This document shows positions 1-10,691 of a stretch of DNA of 64,000 bases, piece after piece. Numbering within the stretch: position 1 is the first letter of the stretch; every line of letters starts with the position of its first letter. A program made the translations under genes and the position numbers. The stretch covers positions 1,564 through 65,563 of the forward strand of contig JBPCMS010000078.1 of NCBI GenBank assembly GCA_051002015.1. Reading direction: 5' to 3'. The stretch comes from Acidimicrobiia bacterium (GTDB lineage Bacteria; Actinomycetota; Acidimicrobiia; Spongiisociales; UBA5794). The notes beneath the pieces are model-generated. The model did no database searches, was not told where the DNA came from, and saw only the letters and a list, made by a program, of their open reading frames with translations.

Positions 1-597
1 CTGAGACGCCAGACCGGCGGTTCGGGCATGTTCGGGCACGTGGTCATCGACCTCGAGCCGACCGAGTCCGGATCGGGGTTCACCTTCGTCGACGCCGTCA
101 AGGGGGGCAACGTGCCCCGCGAGTTCATCCCGGCGGTGGAGAAGGGGATGCGCGAGGCGCTCGACGGCGGGGTGCTCGCCGGCTACCCGCTGGTCGACAT
201 CAGGGCCACGCTCGTCGACGGGTCCAGCCACAGCGTCGACTCCAACGAGATGGCGTTCCGGATCGCCGGCTCGATGGCGCTCCAAGCGGCGGCACGGGCG
301 GCGGGGGTCAAGCTGCTCGAGCCGATCATGGAGGTCGAGGTGGTGACCCCCGACGAGTACATGGGCGACGTCATCGGCGACCTGTCGGCACGACGGGGCA
401 AGATCGTGTCGATGGACACCCGGGGCAACGTCCGGGTGGTCAAGGCACTCACCCCGCTCGCCGAGATGTTCGGCTACGCCACCGACGTCCGGTCCCGCAC
501 CCAGGGCCGGGCCACCTACACCATGCAGTTCCACTCCTACCAGGAGGTGCCATCCAGCACCGCCCAGGAGATCGTGGCCAAGTCGCGGGGCGAGTAG
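1..597 (+). CDS. fusA: elongation factor G, C-terminal part (5' end lies outside the window)
   Basis: Frame 1 is open from base 1. The translation ...[19 protein letters not shown]...[30 protein letters not shown]...[25 protein letters not shown] is typical of EF-G domains IV-V. The ATG at 28 is internal. Confidence 0.95.
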   Translation: MRRQTGGSGMFGHVVIDLEPTESGSGFTFVDAVKGGNVPREFIPAVEKGMREALDGGVLAGYPLVDIRATLVDGSSHSVDSNEMAFRIAGSMALQAAARAAGVKLLEPIMEVEVVTPDEYMGDVIGDLSARRGKIVSMDTRGNVRVVKALTPLAEMFGYATDVRSRTQGRATYTMQFHSYQEVPSSTAQEIVAKSRGE

Positions 598-861
598 AGA
601 ATCGCCGCCGGGGAGAAATCGGCCCGACTTGCCCGATGCCGGGGGCGGCGTCTACACTTCGCCGGCCCGCAGACCCTCGTCTGCGCGCCCGACGAATCTT
701 CACCCGGTCGTCCGGTGCTTCCGCACGACCCCGACCAGACCCGTGATGTACCCATTGCGGTACCGCTCGCCCGGTGGTCAGCCGACGCTCCTTTCCCGGG
801 ACGTTCGCTGTCGCCGCTCGGCGTCGTACCTCGGATGGGTCCAGAGAGACAGGAACCCGTC

Positions 862-1173
862 GTGGCGAACGAGCCCCGGATCCGAATCCGCCTCAAGGCC
901 TACGACCACTCGGTGGTCGACGAATCGGCGCGCAAGATCGCCGAGACCGTGGTCCGCACCCAGGCCAGGATCCGTGGGCCGCTGCCGCTGCCGACCAAGA
1001 TCCACCGCTACACGGTCATCCGCGGCCCGCACATCGACAAGACGAGCCGAGAGCACTTCGAGATGCGGATCCACAAGCGTCTCATCGACATCCTCGACCC
1101 GACCCCGAAGACGGTCGACTCATTGATGCGGCTCGATCTGCCCGCCGGGGTCGAGGTGGAGATCAAGACATGA
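862..1173 (+). CDS. rpsJ: 30S ribosomal protein S10
   Basis: [11 protein letters not shown]...[33 protein letters not shown] at 862 gives the canonical length of about 103 aa and follows GAGAGACAGGAA. An in-frame ATG at 835 is the alternative start. Confidence 0.93.
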   Translation: MANEPRIRIRLKAYDHSVVDESARKIAETVVRTQARIRGPLPLPTKIHRYTVIRGPHIDKTSREHFEMRIHKRLIDILDPTPKTVDSLMRLDLPAGVEVEIKT

Positions 1174-1808
1174 AGGCCATCCTCGGCGAGAAGTTGGGCA
1201 TGACCCAGGTGTTCGACGATCAGGCCCGGGTGGTCCCGGTGACGGTCATCAAGGCGGGCCCCGTCCACATCACCCAGATCAAGAACGAGAAGCGCGACGG
1301 CTACTCGGCGATCCAGATCGCCTTCAAGGAGCTGCGCGCCAAGCAGGTCAACCGGCCCCAGGCGGGCCACTTCTCCCGGGCCAACGTCGTCCCCAGCAAG
1401 CACATCGTCGAGGTCAGGGTCGACGACGTCTCCGGCTACAAGATCGGCCAGAGGATCGGGGTCGCCGACCTCTTCTCGGCGGGCATGACGGCAGACGTCA
1501 CCGGCGTGTCGAGGGGCAAGGGCTTCGCCGGGGTGATGAAGCGCCACAACTTCAAGGGCCAGGGCGCATCGCACGGCGCCCACAAGGTGCACCGGGCTCC
1601 CGGCTCGCTGGGAGCATGCGCCACCCCCGCCAGGGTGTTCAAGGGCAAGCGGATGCCGGGCCGCATGGGCAACGAGACCACGACGGTGCTCAACCTCGAG
1701 GTCGTCCAGGTGGACGCCGAGCACGACCTGCTGATGGTCAAGGGCGCCGTGCCCGGGCCCAAGGGGGCGGTCCTGGTGATCCGCGAGGCGGTGAAGTCAC
1801 ATGCCTGA
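1170..1808 (+). CDS. rplC: 50S ribosomal protein L3
   Basis: [17 protein letters not shown]...[25 protein letters not shown] overlap with the rpsJ stop. Confidence 0.97.
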   Translation: MKAILGEKLGMTQVFDDQARVVPVTVIKAGPVHITQIKNEKRDGYSAIQIAFKELRAKQVNRPQAGHFSRANVVPSKHIVEVRVDDVSGYKIGQRIGVADLFSAGMTADVTGVSRGKGFAGVMKRHNFKGQGASHGAHKVHRAPGSLGACATPARVFKGKRMPGRMGNETTTVLNLEVVQVDAEHDLLMVKGAVPGPKGAVLVIREAVKSHA

Positions 1809-2514
1809 CAAGACGGCGCTCACCGCCGAGCTGTGGAGCGCCGACGGCACCCGCACCGGTGAGGTCGAACTCTCGGCGGAGATCTTCGGGATCGAGCCCA
1901 ACATGGCGGTGATGCACCAGGTGGTGACGGCCCAGCTCGCCGCCGCCAGGGCCGGCACCCACTCCACCAAGACCCGGGGCGAGGTCCGCGGCGGTGGCAG
2001 AAAGCCGTGGCGGCAGAAGGGTCTGGGCCGTGCCCGTCATGGCTCGATCCGGTCACCGCAGTGGGTGGGCGGAGGGGTCGCCCACGGTCCCAGGCCGCGT
2101 GACTACTCGCAGCGCACCCCCAAGAAGATGCGGCGCCTCGCCCTGCGCAGCGCCCTCTCGGCCCGCGCCGCCGACGGCCAGATCAAGGTGGTGGAGTCGT
2201 TCGACGTGTGGGAGAAGCCCCGCACCAAGAACGCCGTCTCCCTGCTGGAGGCGATGGGGATCACCGGCAAGGTGCTCCTGATCGCCGAGGACCACGAGCG
2301 GGTGGCGATCAAGTCGTTCCGCAACCTGGCGGCGGTCATCGCCTCGAACCTTGGCCAGGCCAACACCTACGACGTGCTGTGGGCAGACACCATCGTGATG
2401 AGCCGGGGCACCCTGGAGCTCGGCCAGTCGGCCCCGAGGGGCACAGCCGAGCATGCCGAGTCGGTGCGGGCGACCACGACCCCCGGCGTCGCCGGTAACG
2501 GAGGGGCGGCATGA
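1801..2514 (+). CDS. rplD: 50S ribosomal protein L4
   Basis: [42 protein letters not shown]. Overlaps the rplC stop. Confidence 0.96.
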   Translation: MPDKTALTAELWSADGTRTGEVELSAEIFGIEPNMAVMHQVVTAQLAAARAGTHSTKTRGEVRGGGRKPWRQKGLGRARHGSIRSPQWVGGGVAHGPRPRDYSQRTPKKMRRLALRSALSARAADGQIKVVESFDVWEKPRTKNAVSLLEAMGITGKVLLIAEDHERVAIKSFRNLAAVIASNLGQANTYDVLWADTIVMSRGTLELGQSAPRGTAEHAESVRATTTPGVAGNGGAA

Positions 2515-2798
2515 AGAACCCCCGCGACATCATCTTCGAGCCGGTCGTGTCCGAGAAGTCATATGACCTCATCGAGGCCTCCAACATCTACACCTTCGAG
2601 GTCGACCGGCGCACCAACAAGACCGAGATCCGCCAGGCGGTCGAGAAGATCTTCGGGGTCAAGGTGGTCGGGGTGAACACCATCAACCGCAAGGGCAAGC
2701 TGAAGCGGACGGGCTTCAAGGTGGGGAAGCGCTCGGACACCAAACGCGCCCTGGTCAAGCTCGCCGCCGGCGACTCCATCGACATCTTCGAGGTGTGA
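2511..2798 (+). CDS. rplW: 50S ribosomal protein L23
   Basis: [12 protein letters not shown]...[30 protein letters not shown] overlap with rplD. Confidence 0.96.
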   Translation: MKNPRDIIFEPVVSEKSYDLIEASNIYTFEVDRRTNKTEIRQAVEKIFGVKVVGVNTINRKGKLKRTGFKVGKRSDTKRALVKLAAGDSIDIFEV

Positions 2799-2801
2799 CC
2801 C

Positions 2802-3635
2802 ATGGCCGTGAGAAAGCTCAAGCCGACCTCGCCCGGCCGCCGGTTCCAGACCGTCTCCGATTTCGAGACGGTCACCACCGACAAGCCCGAGAAGTCGCTC
2901 ATCGACAAGCAGAAGCGGTCGTCGGGTCGCAACACCTACGGACGCATCACCTCGCGCCACCGCGGCGGCGGTCACAAGAAGCGCTACCGGGTCATCGATT
3001 TCCGTCGCAACAAGGACGGGGTGCCGGCCAAGGTCGCCACCGTCGAGTACGACCCCAACCGCAACGCCCGCATCGCCCTGTTGCACTACCTCGACGGGGA
3101 GAAGCGCTACATCATCGCCCCGGTGGGTGTGACCGTCGGCGACATGCTCGAGTCGGGCTCGGGCGCCGACATCCGGCCGGGTAACGCCCTCCCGCTGCGC
3201 AACATCCCCACCGGCACCGTGGTCCACAACGTGGAGCTGCGTCCCGGTGGTGGGGCCAAGATGGGTCGCGCCGCCGGGACCGCCATCCAGCTGATGTCGA
3301 AGGAAGCCAACGTCGCCCTGCTCAGGCTGCCCTCGGGGGAGATGCGCCAGGTGGCGCTGGATTGTCGGGCCACCATCGGCCAGGTCGGCAACACCGAGGC
3401 CGAGCTGATCAAGATCGGCAAGGCGGGACGGAACCGCTGGCGGGGCAAGCGCCCGCAGAGCCGGGGGGTCGCCATGAACCCGGTCGATCACCCGCTGGGC
3501 GGTGGCGAGGGGCGCACGTCGGGGGGACGCCATCCGGTCAGCCCGTGGGGCAAGCCAGAGGGCAGGACCCGCCGCAAGAACAAGGCGAGCGACAAGTACA
3601 TCGTCCGCCGCCGGACGAAGAAGGGTCGGAGGTAA
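2802..3635 (+). CDS. rplB: 50S ribosomal protein L2
   Basis: [26 protein letters not shown]...[14 protein letters not shown]. Confidence 0.98.
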   Translation: MAVRKLKPTSPGRRFQTVSDFETVTTDKPEKSLIDKQKRSSGRNTYGRITSRHRGGGHKKRYRVIDFRRNKDGVPAKVATVEYDPNRNARIALLHYLDGEKRYIIAPVGVTVGDMLESGSGADIRPGNALPLRNIPTGTVVHNVELRPGGGAKMGRAAGTAIQLMSKEANVALLRLPSGEMRQVALDCRATIGQVGNTEAELIKIGKAGRNRWRGKRPQSRGVAMNPVDHPLGGGEGRTSGGRHPVSPWGKPEGRTRRKNKASDKYIVRRRTKKGRR

Positions 3636-3638
3636 GCC

Positions 3639-3917
3639 ATGACGAGAAGCCTCAAGAAGGGCCCCTTCGTCGACGAGCATCTGCTGCGCAAGGTCGAGAC
3701 CGCCAACGACAGGGGCGAGAAGCGGGTCATCCGCACCTGGAGCCGTCGCTCCACGATCATCCCCGAGATGGTCGGCCACACCATCGCCGTCCACGACGGG
3801 CGCAAGCATGTGCCGGTGTACGTCAGCGAGTCGATGGTCGGCCACAAGCTGGGTGAGTTCGCCCCTACCCGCACCTTCCGTGGCCACGGCGGCGAGAAGG
3901 CGGCGAGGCGGCGATGA
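3639..3917 (+). CDS. rpsS: 30S ribosomal protein S19
   Basis: [16 protein letters not shown]...[33 protein letters not shown]. Confidence 0.98.
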   Translation: MTRSLKKGPFVDEHLLRKVETANDRGEKRVIRTWSRRSTIIPEMVGHTIAVHDGRKHVPVYVSESMVGHKLGEFAPTRTFRGHGGEKAARRR

Positions 3918-4255
3918 AGACCCGGGCCCAGGCCAAGTACATCAGGCAGTCGCCGTACAAGGTGCGGCGGGTGCTCGACCTCGTGCGCGGGCTCCCCGTG
4001 TCCGAGGCTCGTGAGGTGCTCACCTTCACCAACCGCCGCGCTTCGGGCCCGGTGCTCAAGGTGCTCGACTCGGCCGTTGCCAACGCCGAGCACAACCTGG
4101 CGATGGACGCCGACGAGCTGATCGTCGCCGAGGCCTACGCAGACGAGGGACCCACCCTGAAGCGGTGGCGCCCCCGGGCCCGGGGCCGGGCCACCCGCAT
4201 CCGCAAGCGCACCTGCCACATAACCGTCGTTGTCGGAGACGGAGAGGAGGACTGA
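3914..4255 (+). CDS. rplV: 50S ribosomal protein L22
   Basis: [20 protein letters not shown]...[30 protein letters not shown]. Confidence 0.97.
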   Translation: MKTRAQAKYIRQSPYKVRRVLDLVRGLPVSEAREVLTFTNRRASGPVLKVLDSAVANAEHNLAMDADELIVAEAYADEGPTLKRWRPRARGRATRIRKRTCHITVVVGDGEED

Positions 4256-5685
4256 TGGGACAGAAGATCCACCCGTACGGCCTCCGTCTCGGCATCGTGA
4301 CCGACTGGAAGTCGCGCTGGTATTCCGAGAAGGACTACGCCGCCAACGTCAACCAGGATCACCAGATCCGGGTGTACCTGCGCACCCAGCTCAAGCGTGG
4401 TGCCCTCTCCCGCATCGACATCGAGCGCATCGGCAACGCCAAGGTCCAGGTCGACGTGCACACCGCCCGGCCCGGCGTCGTGATCGGTCGCGGCGGCTCC
4501 GAGGCCGAGCGGCTCCGCACTGGGCTCGAGAAGCTGACCAAGCGGATCGTCAAGTTCAACGTGATCGAGGTCCAGAACGCCGAGCTCGACGCCACCCTGC
4601 TCGCCCGCAGCGTCGCCGACCAGCTGGAGGGCCGGGTCGCCTTCCGTCGCGCCATGAAGCGGGCGGTGGCCACCGCCCTCAAGGCCGGTGCCGAGGGCGT
4701 GCGGGTCCAGGCCGCCGGCAGGCTGGGCGGCGCCGACATGGGCCGGCGCGAGTGGTATCTCGAGGGCCGGGTCCCGCTGCACACGCTGCGGGCCGACATC
4801 GATTTCGGCCAGGCGACCGCAGCCACCAGCGTCGGCGCCATCGGCGTCCAGGTGTGGGTGTACAAGGGCGACGTGGTCCGCAGTGCTGCCGACAGCCGCG
4901 AGAAGATCGCCGCCGAGGCACGGCTGGCCGCCGGCGGTCCCTCCGAGCGTCGCCGCTCGGCCAAGTCTCGCGCCGAGGCCGCCGCCGGTGAGGGTGGGGG
5001 CCGTCGTCTCATCGAGGCCGGTGGGGGCAAGCGCGTGGTCGAGGCCGGCGGGGGCAAGCGCCCCGGTCGCCGGCTGATCGAGGCCGGTGGCGGGCGCAAG
5101 CTGACCACCAGTGACGCAGCCGCAGAGTTCGATCTGGCCCGCTCCGAGACCGACGAGGCTGCGGTCCCCGAAGTCCCCGCAGTTCCCGAGGACGCCCCCG
5201 AGGTTGTCGACGCCGCCGCCGCCTCGGAGCTCACCGATGTGGGCGGTCAGGGATCGGTCGATGCGTCCGCCGAGCCGCTCGACGAGATGGATGCCATCGC
5301 CGAGAGCCTCGAGGCCGAGACCGCCGCCGACGAGGTCCTCACCGGGACGGCCGGGGCGACCGAGATTGCCGATGTTGCCGATGTGGCCGAGACCGGACCG
5401 GCCGATGTGGCCGATGTGCCCGAGACCGGACCCGCCGAGGTTGCCGATGTGACCGATGTGGCCGAGACCGGACCGGCCGATGTGGCCGATGTGCCCGAGA
5501 CCGGACCCGCCGAGGTTGCCGATGTCGCCGATGTGGCCGATGTGTCCGAGACCGGACCGGCCGATGTGGCCGAGACCGCGGTGGGCCCGGTCGACACCGA
5601 GGGCTCCGCCGACACCGAGGAATCTCCCGACGTCGCAGACGGCGAGGACTCCGAGGACTCCGAGGACCGGGGGGAGGTGACCTGA
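4255..5685 (+). CDS. rpsC: 30S ribosomal protein S3 with an unusually long (about 250 aa) low-complexity C-terminal extension
   Basis: [23 protein letters not shown]...[31 protein letters not shown] is the S3 core. ATGA overlap with rplV. The frame stays open for 476 codons and stops 1 nt before the rplP start. Confidence 0.93.
   Translation: MGQKIHPYGLRLGIVTDWKSRWYSEKDYAANVNQDHQIRVYLRTQLKRGALSRIDIERIGNAKVQVDVHTARPGVVIGRGGSEAERLRTGLEKLTKRIVKFNVIEVQNAELDATLLARSVADQLEGRVAFRRAMKRAVATALKAGAEGVRVQAAGRLGGADMGRREWYLEGRVPLHTLRADIDFGQATAATSVGAIGVQVWVYKGDVVRSAADSREKIAAEARLAAGGPSERRRSAKSRAEAAAGEGGGRRLIEAGGGKRVVEAGGGKRPGRRLIEAGGGRKLTTSDAAAEFDLARSETDEAAVPEVPAVPEDAPEVVDAAAASELTDVGGQGSVDASAEPLDEMDAIAESLEAETAADEVLTGTAGATEIADVADVAETGPADVADVPETGPAEVADVTDVAETGPADVADVPETGPAEVADVADVADVSETGPADVAETAVGPVDTEGSADTEESPDVADGEDSEDSEDRGEVT
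5371..5577 (+). repeat. in-frame 75-nt tandem repeat (2 full copies plus partial copies) inside the rpsC tail
   Basis: 5380-5454 and 5455-5529 are near-identical and encode [24 protein letters not shown](T/A). Degenerate copies flank them. Confidence 0.9.
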
Positions 5686-5686
5686 C

Positions 5687-6100
5687 GTGTTGATGCCCAA
5701 GCGGACCAAGTACCGCAAGACCCACAAGGGTCGGATGACCGGCAAGGCAAAGGGCGGCACCAGGGTCACCTTCGGCGACTACGGGCTCCAGGCCCAGGAG
5801 TCGGGGTGGATCACCGCCCGCCAGATCGAGGCCGCCCGTATCGCCATGACCCGCGCCATCAAGCGTGGCGGCAAGGTTTGGATCAACATCTTCCCCGACA
5901 AGCCGATCACCGAGAAGCCGGCCGAGACCCGCATGGGCTCCGGTAAGGGCAACCCGGAGTACTGGGTGGCGGTGATCAAGCCGGGGCGGGTCATGTTCGA
6001 GATGGCGGGGGTGACCGAGGAGCTGGCCCGCGAGGCCATGCGGCTCGCCGCCCACAAGCTGCCGGTGAAGACCAAGTTCGTGGTGAGGGACGAGCTGTGA
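5687..6100 (+). CDS. rplP: 50S ribosomal protein L16
   Basis: (GTG)[17 protein letters not shown]...[23 protein letters not shown]. Confidence 0.97.
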   Translation: MLMPKRTKYRKTHKGRMTGKAKGGTRVTFGDYGLQAQESGWITARQIEAARIAMTRAIKRGGKVWINIFPDKPITEKPAETRMGSGKGNPEYWVAVIKPGRVMFEMAGVTEELAREAMRLAAHKLPVKTKFVVRDEL

Positions 6101-6318
6101 GAGCGATCGAACTCCGCAACCAGACATACCGGGAGCTGACCGCCAAGCTGGACGAGGCCAAGGAGGAGCTCTTCAACCTCCGCTTCCAGATGGCAACCAA
6201 CCAGCTCGACAACACGGCGCGCCTCCGCCAGGTGCGCCGCCAGGTGGCCAAGATCAACACCGTCATGCGCGAGATGGAACTCGAGGCATGGCGCAATCAG
6301 CAGGAGGGCACGGCGTGA
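6097..6318 (+). CDS. rpmC: 50S ribosomal protein L29
   Basis: [37 protein letters not shown] overlap with rplP. Confidence 0.93.
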   Translation: MRAIELRNQTYRELTAKLDEAKEELFNLRFQMATNQLDNTARLRQVRRQVAKINTVMREMELEAWRNQQEGTA

Positions 6319-6575
6319 CGGACGAACGTGGACGCCGCAAGGTGCGTACCGGGGTGGTGGTATCCGACTCCCGGGACAAGACGGTGACCGTCGAGGTGCC
6401 TTCCTCGAAGCGTCACCCCAAGTACGGCAAGACGATGCCGACCCGCAAGCGCTACCACGCCCACGACGAGACCAACGATGCCCGTCTGGGTGACACGGTC
6501 CGCATCGTCGAGACCCGGCCGCTCTCCAAGAGCAAGCGGTGGCGGGTGGCGGAGATCGTGGAGCGTGCCCGATGA
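6315..6575 (+). CDS. rpsQ: 30S ribosomal protein S17
   Basis: [22 protein letters not shown]...HPKYGKT...YHAHDE...[24 protein letters not shown] overlap with the rpmC stop. The ATG at 6288 would overlap rpmC by 31 nt. Confidence 0.9.
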   Translation: MTDERGRRKVRTGVVVSDSRDKTVTVEVPSSKRHPKYGKTMPTRKRYHAHDETNDARLGDTVRIVETRPLSKSKRWRVAEIVERAR

Positions 6576-6940
6576 TCCAGACCGAGACCAGGCTCCGCGT
6601 CGCCGACAACAGCGGTGCCCGCGAGGTTCTCTGCATCCGGGTGCTGGGAGGCTCCCGTCGCCGCTATGCCCACGTCGGTGACGTCATCGTCGGTGCGGTC
6701 AAGGAAGCGACCCCGGGCGGCACCGTCAAGAAGGGCGAAGTGGTCAAGGCGGTCGTGGTGCGGACCCGCAAGGAGAGCCGACGTCAGGACGGCAGCTACA
6801 TCCGGTTCGACGACAACGCCTGCGTCATCATCAACGACCAGCAGCAGCCCCGCGGGACCCGCATCTTCGGCCCGGTGGGCCGCGAGCTGCGCGACAAGAA
6901 GTTCATGCGGATCGTCTCGCTCGCCCCGGAGGTGTTGTGA
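6572..6940 (+). CDS. rplN: 50S ribosomal protein L14
   Basis: [27 protein letters not shown]...[11 protein letters not shown]. Confidence 0.98.
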   Translation: MIQTETRLRVADNSGAREVLCIRVLGGSRRRYAHVGDVIVGAVKEATPGGTVKKGEVVKAVVVRTRKESRRQDGSYIRFDDNACVIINDQQQPRGTRIFGPVGRELRDKKFMRIVSLAPEVL

Positions 6941-7245
6941 TGAAGCTCAAGGTTGGGGACACCGTGCGGGTGATCGCCGGCAAGGACAAGGGCACCGAGA
7001 GCCGGATCGCCAAGGTCATCAAGCAGCGCGGCAAGATCATCGTCGAGGGTGTGGCAACGGCCAAGCGCCACCAGCGCCCCACCGGGCAGACGATGCAGGG
7101 CGGGATCATCGACAAGGACATGCCGATCGACGCCTCCAACGTGATGATCGTGTGCCCCGACTGTGGTCCCACGAGGATCGGGGCCCGCATCGACGACGAG
7201 GGTGTCAAACACCGGGTGTGCCGCAAGTGCGGAGGTGACCTGTGA
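6940..7245 (+). CDS. rplX: 50S ribosomal protein L24 (Cys4 zinc-ribbon variant)
   Basis: [21 protein letters not shown] motif. The C-terminal CPDCG-x17-CRKCGG resembles the Thermus-type L24. A GTG at 6937 is also possible. Confidence 0.95.
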   Translation: MKLKVGDTVRVIAGKDKGTESRIAKVIKQRGKIIVEGVATAKRHQRPTGQTMQGGIIDKDMPIDASNVMIVCPDCGPTRIGARIDDEGVKHRVCRKCGGDL

Positions 7246-7799
7246 CCCCCCGTTTCAAGCAGCGTTACCACGACGAGATCCGGGACCAGCTCCAGGAGCA
7301 CCTCGCCCTGGCCAACGTCATGGAGGTGCCCAGACTGCTCAAGATCGTGGTCAACATGGGGCTGGGGGACGCCGCCGCCGACTCCAAGCTGGTCGACGCC
7401 GCCGTCACCGACATGCGGGCGATCACCGGCCAGCAACCGAGGATCAACCGGGCCCGCAAGTCCATCGCCAACTTCAAGTTGCGCGAGGGGATGCCGATCG
7501 GTGTCTCGGCCACGCTGCGGGGCGACCGGATGTGGGAGTTCTTCGATCGGCTGGTCACCCTGGCCATCCCCAGGATCCGGGACTTCCGCGGGCTGAGCCC
7601 GACAGGGTTCGACGGGGCGGGCAACTACAGCTTCGGGGTCACCGAGCAGCTGATCTTCCCCGAGATCGAGTATGACCAGGTTGGCAAGGTTCGGGGCATG
7701 GACATCACGTTCGTGACCACGGCGAAGAGCGACGAACAGGGCCGCGCCTTCCTCGAAGCGTTCGGTTTCCCGTTCCGGCGGCAACAGGCAGGTGTGTGA
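7242..7799 (+). CDS. rplE: 50S ribosomal protein L5
   Basis: [18 protein letters not shown]...[27 protein letters not shown]...[11 protein letters not shown]. Confidence 0.97.
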   Translation: MTPRFKQRYHDEIRDQLQEHLALANVMEVPRLLKIVVNMGLGDAAADSKLVDAAVTDMRAITGQQPRINRARKSIANFKLREGMPIGVSATLRGDRMWEFFDRLVTLAIPRIRDFRGLSPTGFDGAGNYSFGVTEQLIFPEIEYDQVGKVRGMDITFVTTAKSDEQGRAFLEAFGFPFRRQQAGV

Positions 7800-8104
7800 T
7801 GGCGAAGAAGTCGATGATCAACAAGAACGAGCGCCGCAAGATGCTGGTGGAGCGCTACGCCGCCCGCCGCGCCGAGCTGGTCGCCGTCATCAAGGATCCC
7901 GAGAAGTCCTACGAGGAGAAGCGCGAGGCGTACCAGGCGCTGGCCAAGATGCCACGTGACGCCAGCGCCACCCGCTACCGCAACCGGTGCGGGGTCACCG
8001 GTCGTCCCCGTGGCTACTTCCGTACGTTCGGGATGTCACGCGTGGCACTGCGCCAGCTCGCCCACAACGGCGAGCTGCCCGGTGTCAGGAAGGCTTCCTG
8101 GTAG
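7799..8104 (+). CDS. rpsN: 30S ribosomal protein S14, long (about 101 aa) non-zinc form
   Basis: [14 protein letters not shown]...[43 protein letters not shown]. There is no CxxC pair. Confidence 0.95.
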   Translation: MAKKSMINKNERRKMLVERYAARRAELVAVIKDPEKSYEEKREAYQALAKMPRDASATRYRNRCGVTGRPRGYFRTFGMSRVALRQLAHNGELPGVRKASW

Positions 8105-8500
8105 ATGTACACCGATCCCATCGCCGACATGCTCACCCGCATCCGCAACGCCAACCAGGCGCTGCATGCCGAGGTCACCATGCCCGCCTCCAAGATCAAG
8201 GAGGGCATCGCCGAGATCCTGGCCGCCGAGGGGTATGTCGACAGCTTCAAGATCCAGGAGGCCGGTGTGGGCCGCGCCCTCACCATCCGGCTGCGCTATG
8301 GCGACGACCGGGGCCGAGTCCTCAAGGGGATCAAGCGGATCTCCTCGCCCGGGCACCGGGTGTACCGGCCGGCGGCCGCCATCAGCCGGGTCCAGGGCGG
8401 TCTCGGCGTCGCCATCCTGTCGACGTCACAGGGCCTGCTCACCGACCGTGAGGCGCGGCGCCGCAACGTGGGCGGCGAAGTCGTCTGCGAGGTCTGGTGA
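8105..8500 (+). CDS. rpsH: 30S ribosomal protein S8
   Basis: [16 protein letters not shown]...[28 protein letters not shown]. Confidence 0.98.
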   Translation: MYTDPIADMLTRIRNANQALHAEVTMPASKIKEGIAEILAAEGYVDSFKIQEAGVGRALTIRLRYGDDRGRVLKGIKRISSPGHRVYRPAAAISRVQGGLGVAILSTSQGLLTDREARRRNVGGEVVCEVW

Positions 8501-8503
8501 ACC

Positions 8504-9040
8504 ATGAGCCGAATCGGTAACAGCCCCATTCCGGTCCCTTCCGGGGTCGACGTCACTGTCGACGGCCGCACCGTGTCGGTGAAGGGCCCGAAGGGGGCCC
8601 TGAACCGGTGGGTCGACGGACGCATCCAGGTCTCGGTGGAAGACGGTGTGGTAACGCTGAAACGCGCCACCGACGAGCGCGCCGTGCGGTCGCTCCATGG
8701 CCTCTACCGGGCGCTGTTGGCCAACATGGTCACCGGTGTGTCCGACGGTTACCGCAAGGAACTGCAGGCGGTCGGGGTCGGCTACCGGGCCAACCTCCAG
8801 GGCCGCCGGCTCGAGCTCCAGGTGGGGTTCTCCCACCCGGTGGTGATCGAGGCGCCCGACGGCATCGACTTCGAGGTCCCCGAGCCGACCAGGATCATCG
8901 TCACCGGGATCGACAAGGAGCTGGTCGGCCAGACGGCGGCGAACATCCGGCGGGTCCGGCCCCCCGAGCCGTACAAGGGCAAGGGAATCCGGTACGTAGA
9001 CGAGCACGTGCGCCGCAAGGCCGGCAAGGCGGGTGGATGA
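8504..9040 (+). CDS. rplF: 50S ribosomal protein L6
   Basis: [17 protein letters not shown]...[22 protein letters not shown]. Confidence 0.98.
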   Translation: MSRIGNSPIPVPSGVDVTVDGRTVSVKGPKGALNRWVDGRIQVSVEDGVVTLKRATDERAVRSLHGLYRALLANMVTGVSDGYRKELQAVGVGYRANLQGRRLELQVGFSHPVVIEAPDGIDFEVPEPTRIIVTGIDKELVGQTAANIRRVRPPEPYKGKGIRYVDEHVRRKAGKAGG

Positions 9041-9393
9041 TGAGAGGTTCACGGACAGACGCCAGGCGGAGACGCCACGTCCGGGTCCGCAAGGCGGTGC
9101 GGGGCACCGGGGCACGTCCCCGTCTCGCCGTCTACCGCAGCAACCGGTACATCTACGCCCAGGTGATCAACGACGAGAGCGGGATCACCCTCGCCGCCGC
9201 CTCGTCCCGGGAGAAGGGGCTGGCCGAGCGCACCCTCAACCTGGAGACGTCGGCCGAGGTCGGCAAGCTGATCGCCGCTCGAGCAACCGACGCCGGGGTG
9301 AGCACCGTTGTGTTCGACCGGGGCGGGTTCGCCTTTCACGGCCGGGTCAAGGCGCTCGCCGATGGGGCCCGCCAAGCCGGGCTCGAGTTCTGA
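9037..9393 (+). CDS. rplR: 50S ribosomal protein L18
   Basis: [38 protein letters not shown]...[32 protein letters not shown] overlap with rplF. Confidence 0.96.
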   Translation: MMRGSRTDARRRRHVRVRKAVRGTGARPRLAVYRSNRYIYAQVINDESGITLAAASSREKGLAERTLNLETSAEVGKLIAARATDAGVSTVVFDRGGFAFHGRVKALADGARQAGLEF

Positions 9394-9420
9394 GAGTTCT
9401 GAGAGTTCTGAGAGTTCTGA
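9385..9420 (+). repeat. 4 x 9-nt perfect tandem repeat GAGTTCTGA at the rplR stop
   Basis: Read directly: gagttctga x4. The first TGA (9391-9393) is the rplR stop, and every copy carries an in-frame TGA. Confidence 0.95.
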
Positions 9421-9439
9421 GAGAGTTGAGGAGCACGAC

Positions 9440-10009
9440 ATGACCAGCAGGAGATCGGACTCCCGAGTCAGGGATTCGGAGTTCGAAGAGCGGGTGATCG
9501 CCATCAACCGCGTGGCCAAGGTGGTCAAGGGCGGCCGGCGGTTCTCGTTCACCGCCCTGGTCACCGTTGGCAACGGCGCCGGCAAGGTGGGCGTCGGCTA
9601 CGGGAAGGCCAAGGAGGTCCCCACCGCCATCCAGAAGGCGATCGAGATCGCCAAGAAGTCAATGGTGGACGTCCCCATGGCGGGCACCACGATCATACAC
9701 GAGGTGATCGGCGTGCACGGCGCCTCGCGCGTCATGCTCAAGCCGGCATCGCCCGGTACCGGTGTCATCGCCGGTGGCGCGGTGCGCCAGATCCTCGAGG
9801 CGGCGGGCATCCGCGATGTCCTGGCCAAATCGCTCGGCTCGCCGACCCACATCAACGTCGCCCGGGCCACGATGGACGCCATCGCCAGACAGCGGCGTCC
9901 CGAAGAGGTGGCCAGGGCCAGGGGCAAGCGTCCCGAGGAGATCTTCCCACCTGCGCTGCTCGCCGCCTACCGGTCGGCCGAGCTGATGAAGACCCAGGTG
10001 GGTGAGTGA
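9440..10009 (+). CDS. rpsE: 30S ribosomal protein S5
   Basis: [59 protein letters not shown] lies 6 nt upstream of the ATG. Confidence 0.96.
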   Translation: MTSRRSDSRVRDSEFEERVIAINRVAKVVKGGRRFSFTALVTVGNGAGKVGVGYGKAKEVPTAIQKAIEIAKKSMVDVPMAGTTIIHEVIGVHGASRVMLKPASPGTGVIAGGAVRQILEAAGIRDVLAKSLGSPTHINVARATMDAIARQRRPEEVARARGKRPEEIFPPALLAAYRSAELMKTQVGE

Positions 10010-10010
10010 G

Positions 10011-10196
10011 ATGGCAGCAACGTTGAGGATCACCCTGAAGAAGAGCGTCATCGGCGAGAAGCCGAAGACCCGCGCCACCGTGGAGAGCCTCGGGCTCCGC
10101 AAGATCCATCAGTCGGTGGACCGCCCCGACTCGCCCGACGTGCGCGGGATGATCTTCCGGGCCAAGCACCTGCTCGAGGTCGAGGAGTTGTCATGA
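10011..10196 (+). CDS. rpmD: 50S ribosomal protein L30
   Basis: MAATLRITLKKSVIGEKPKTRATVESLGLRKIHQSV. A GTG at 10002 is the alternative start. Confidence 0.92.
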   Translation: MAATLRITLKKSVIGEKPKTRATVESLGLRKIHQSVDRPDSPDVRGMIFRAKHLLEVEELS

Positions 10197-10630
10197 AGCT
10201 GCATCATCTCAAGCCGGCACCGGGCTCGAGGTCGAAGAAGATCCGGGTCGGCCGGGGGGAGAGCGGGCGGCGGGGCAAGACCGCCGGCCGCGGCACCAAG
10301 GGCCAGAAGGCCCGCGGTCAGGTCCGTCCCGGGTTCGAAGGCGGCCAGATGCCGCTGCAGCGGCGGCTGCCCAAGCTCAAGGGGTTCAAGAACCGCAACA
10401 AGGAGTACTTCGCCCTGATCAACGTCGGGCGGCTCAACGACTTCGAGGCGGGCACCGAGGTGACCCCCGAGATCCTGCGTTCGGCCGGTCTGGTCAAACA
10501 CCGGGGCAGGATCAAGGTGCTCGGCGAGGGCGAGATCGATCGCGCCGTCACCGTGCGTGCCCATGCCTTCAGCCTCGGCGCCGTCGAGAAGATCAAGGCG
10601 GCGGGTGGCTCGGCCGACGTCGTCGACTGA
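10193..10630 (+). CDS. rplO: 50S ribosomal protein L15
   Basis: MKLHHLKPAPGSRSKKIRVGRGESGRRGKTAGRGTKGQKARG. Confidence 0.97.
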   Translation: MKLHHLKPAPGSRSKKIRVGRGESGRRGKTAGRGTKGQKARGQVRPGFEGGQMPLQRRLPKLKGFKNRNKEYFALINVGRLNDFEAGTEVTPEILRSAGLVKHRGRIKVLGEGEIDRAVTVRAHAFSLGAVEKIKAAGGSADVVD

Positions 10631-10691
10631 CCGTCGACACCCACCCGACCACTAACCTCGCCGACATACCACAAGGGGCCCACCCGCTCTC

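Noticed and set aside
28-597. The ATG at 28 as the start of a 189-aa protein.
   Set aside because: The frame is open from base 1, and the sequence is the C-terminal third of EF-G. The gene is truncated by the window edge.
2559-3887. A very long minus-strand ORF (442 aa) opposite rplW-rplB-rpsS. Similar ones are 4135-5769, 10593-11798, 22169-23026, 31483-33360, 39286-41982 and 54759-57029.
   Set aside because: They lie antisense to unambiguous conserved genes and have Arg/Gly/Pro/Asp-rich low-information translations. Long open frames on the opposite strand are a normal statistical consequence of about 70% GC.
5371-5577. The regular repeats in the 5.3-5.6 kb region could have been a CRISPR-like array or a non-coding satellite.
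   Set aside because: The period is 75 nt and in frame with rpsC. The copies are contiguous with no unique spacers and encode a peptide repeat, so this is a coding tandem repeat.
9308-9439. A longer rpsE start that includes the [10 protein letters not shown] peptide.
   Set aside because: That peptide is simply the 9-nt repeat read in another frame. S5 similarity and a GAGGAG RBS begin at 9440.
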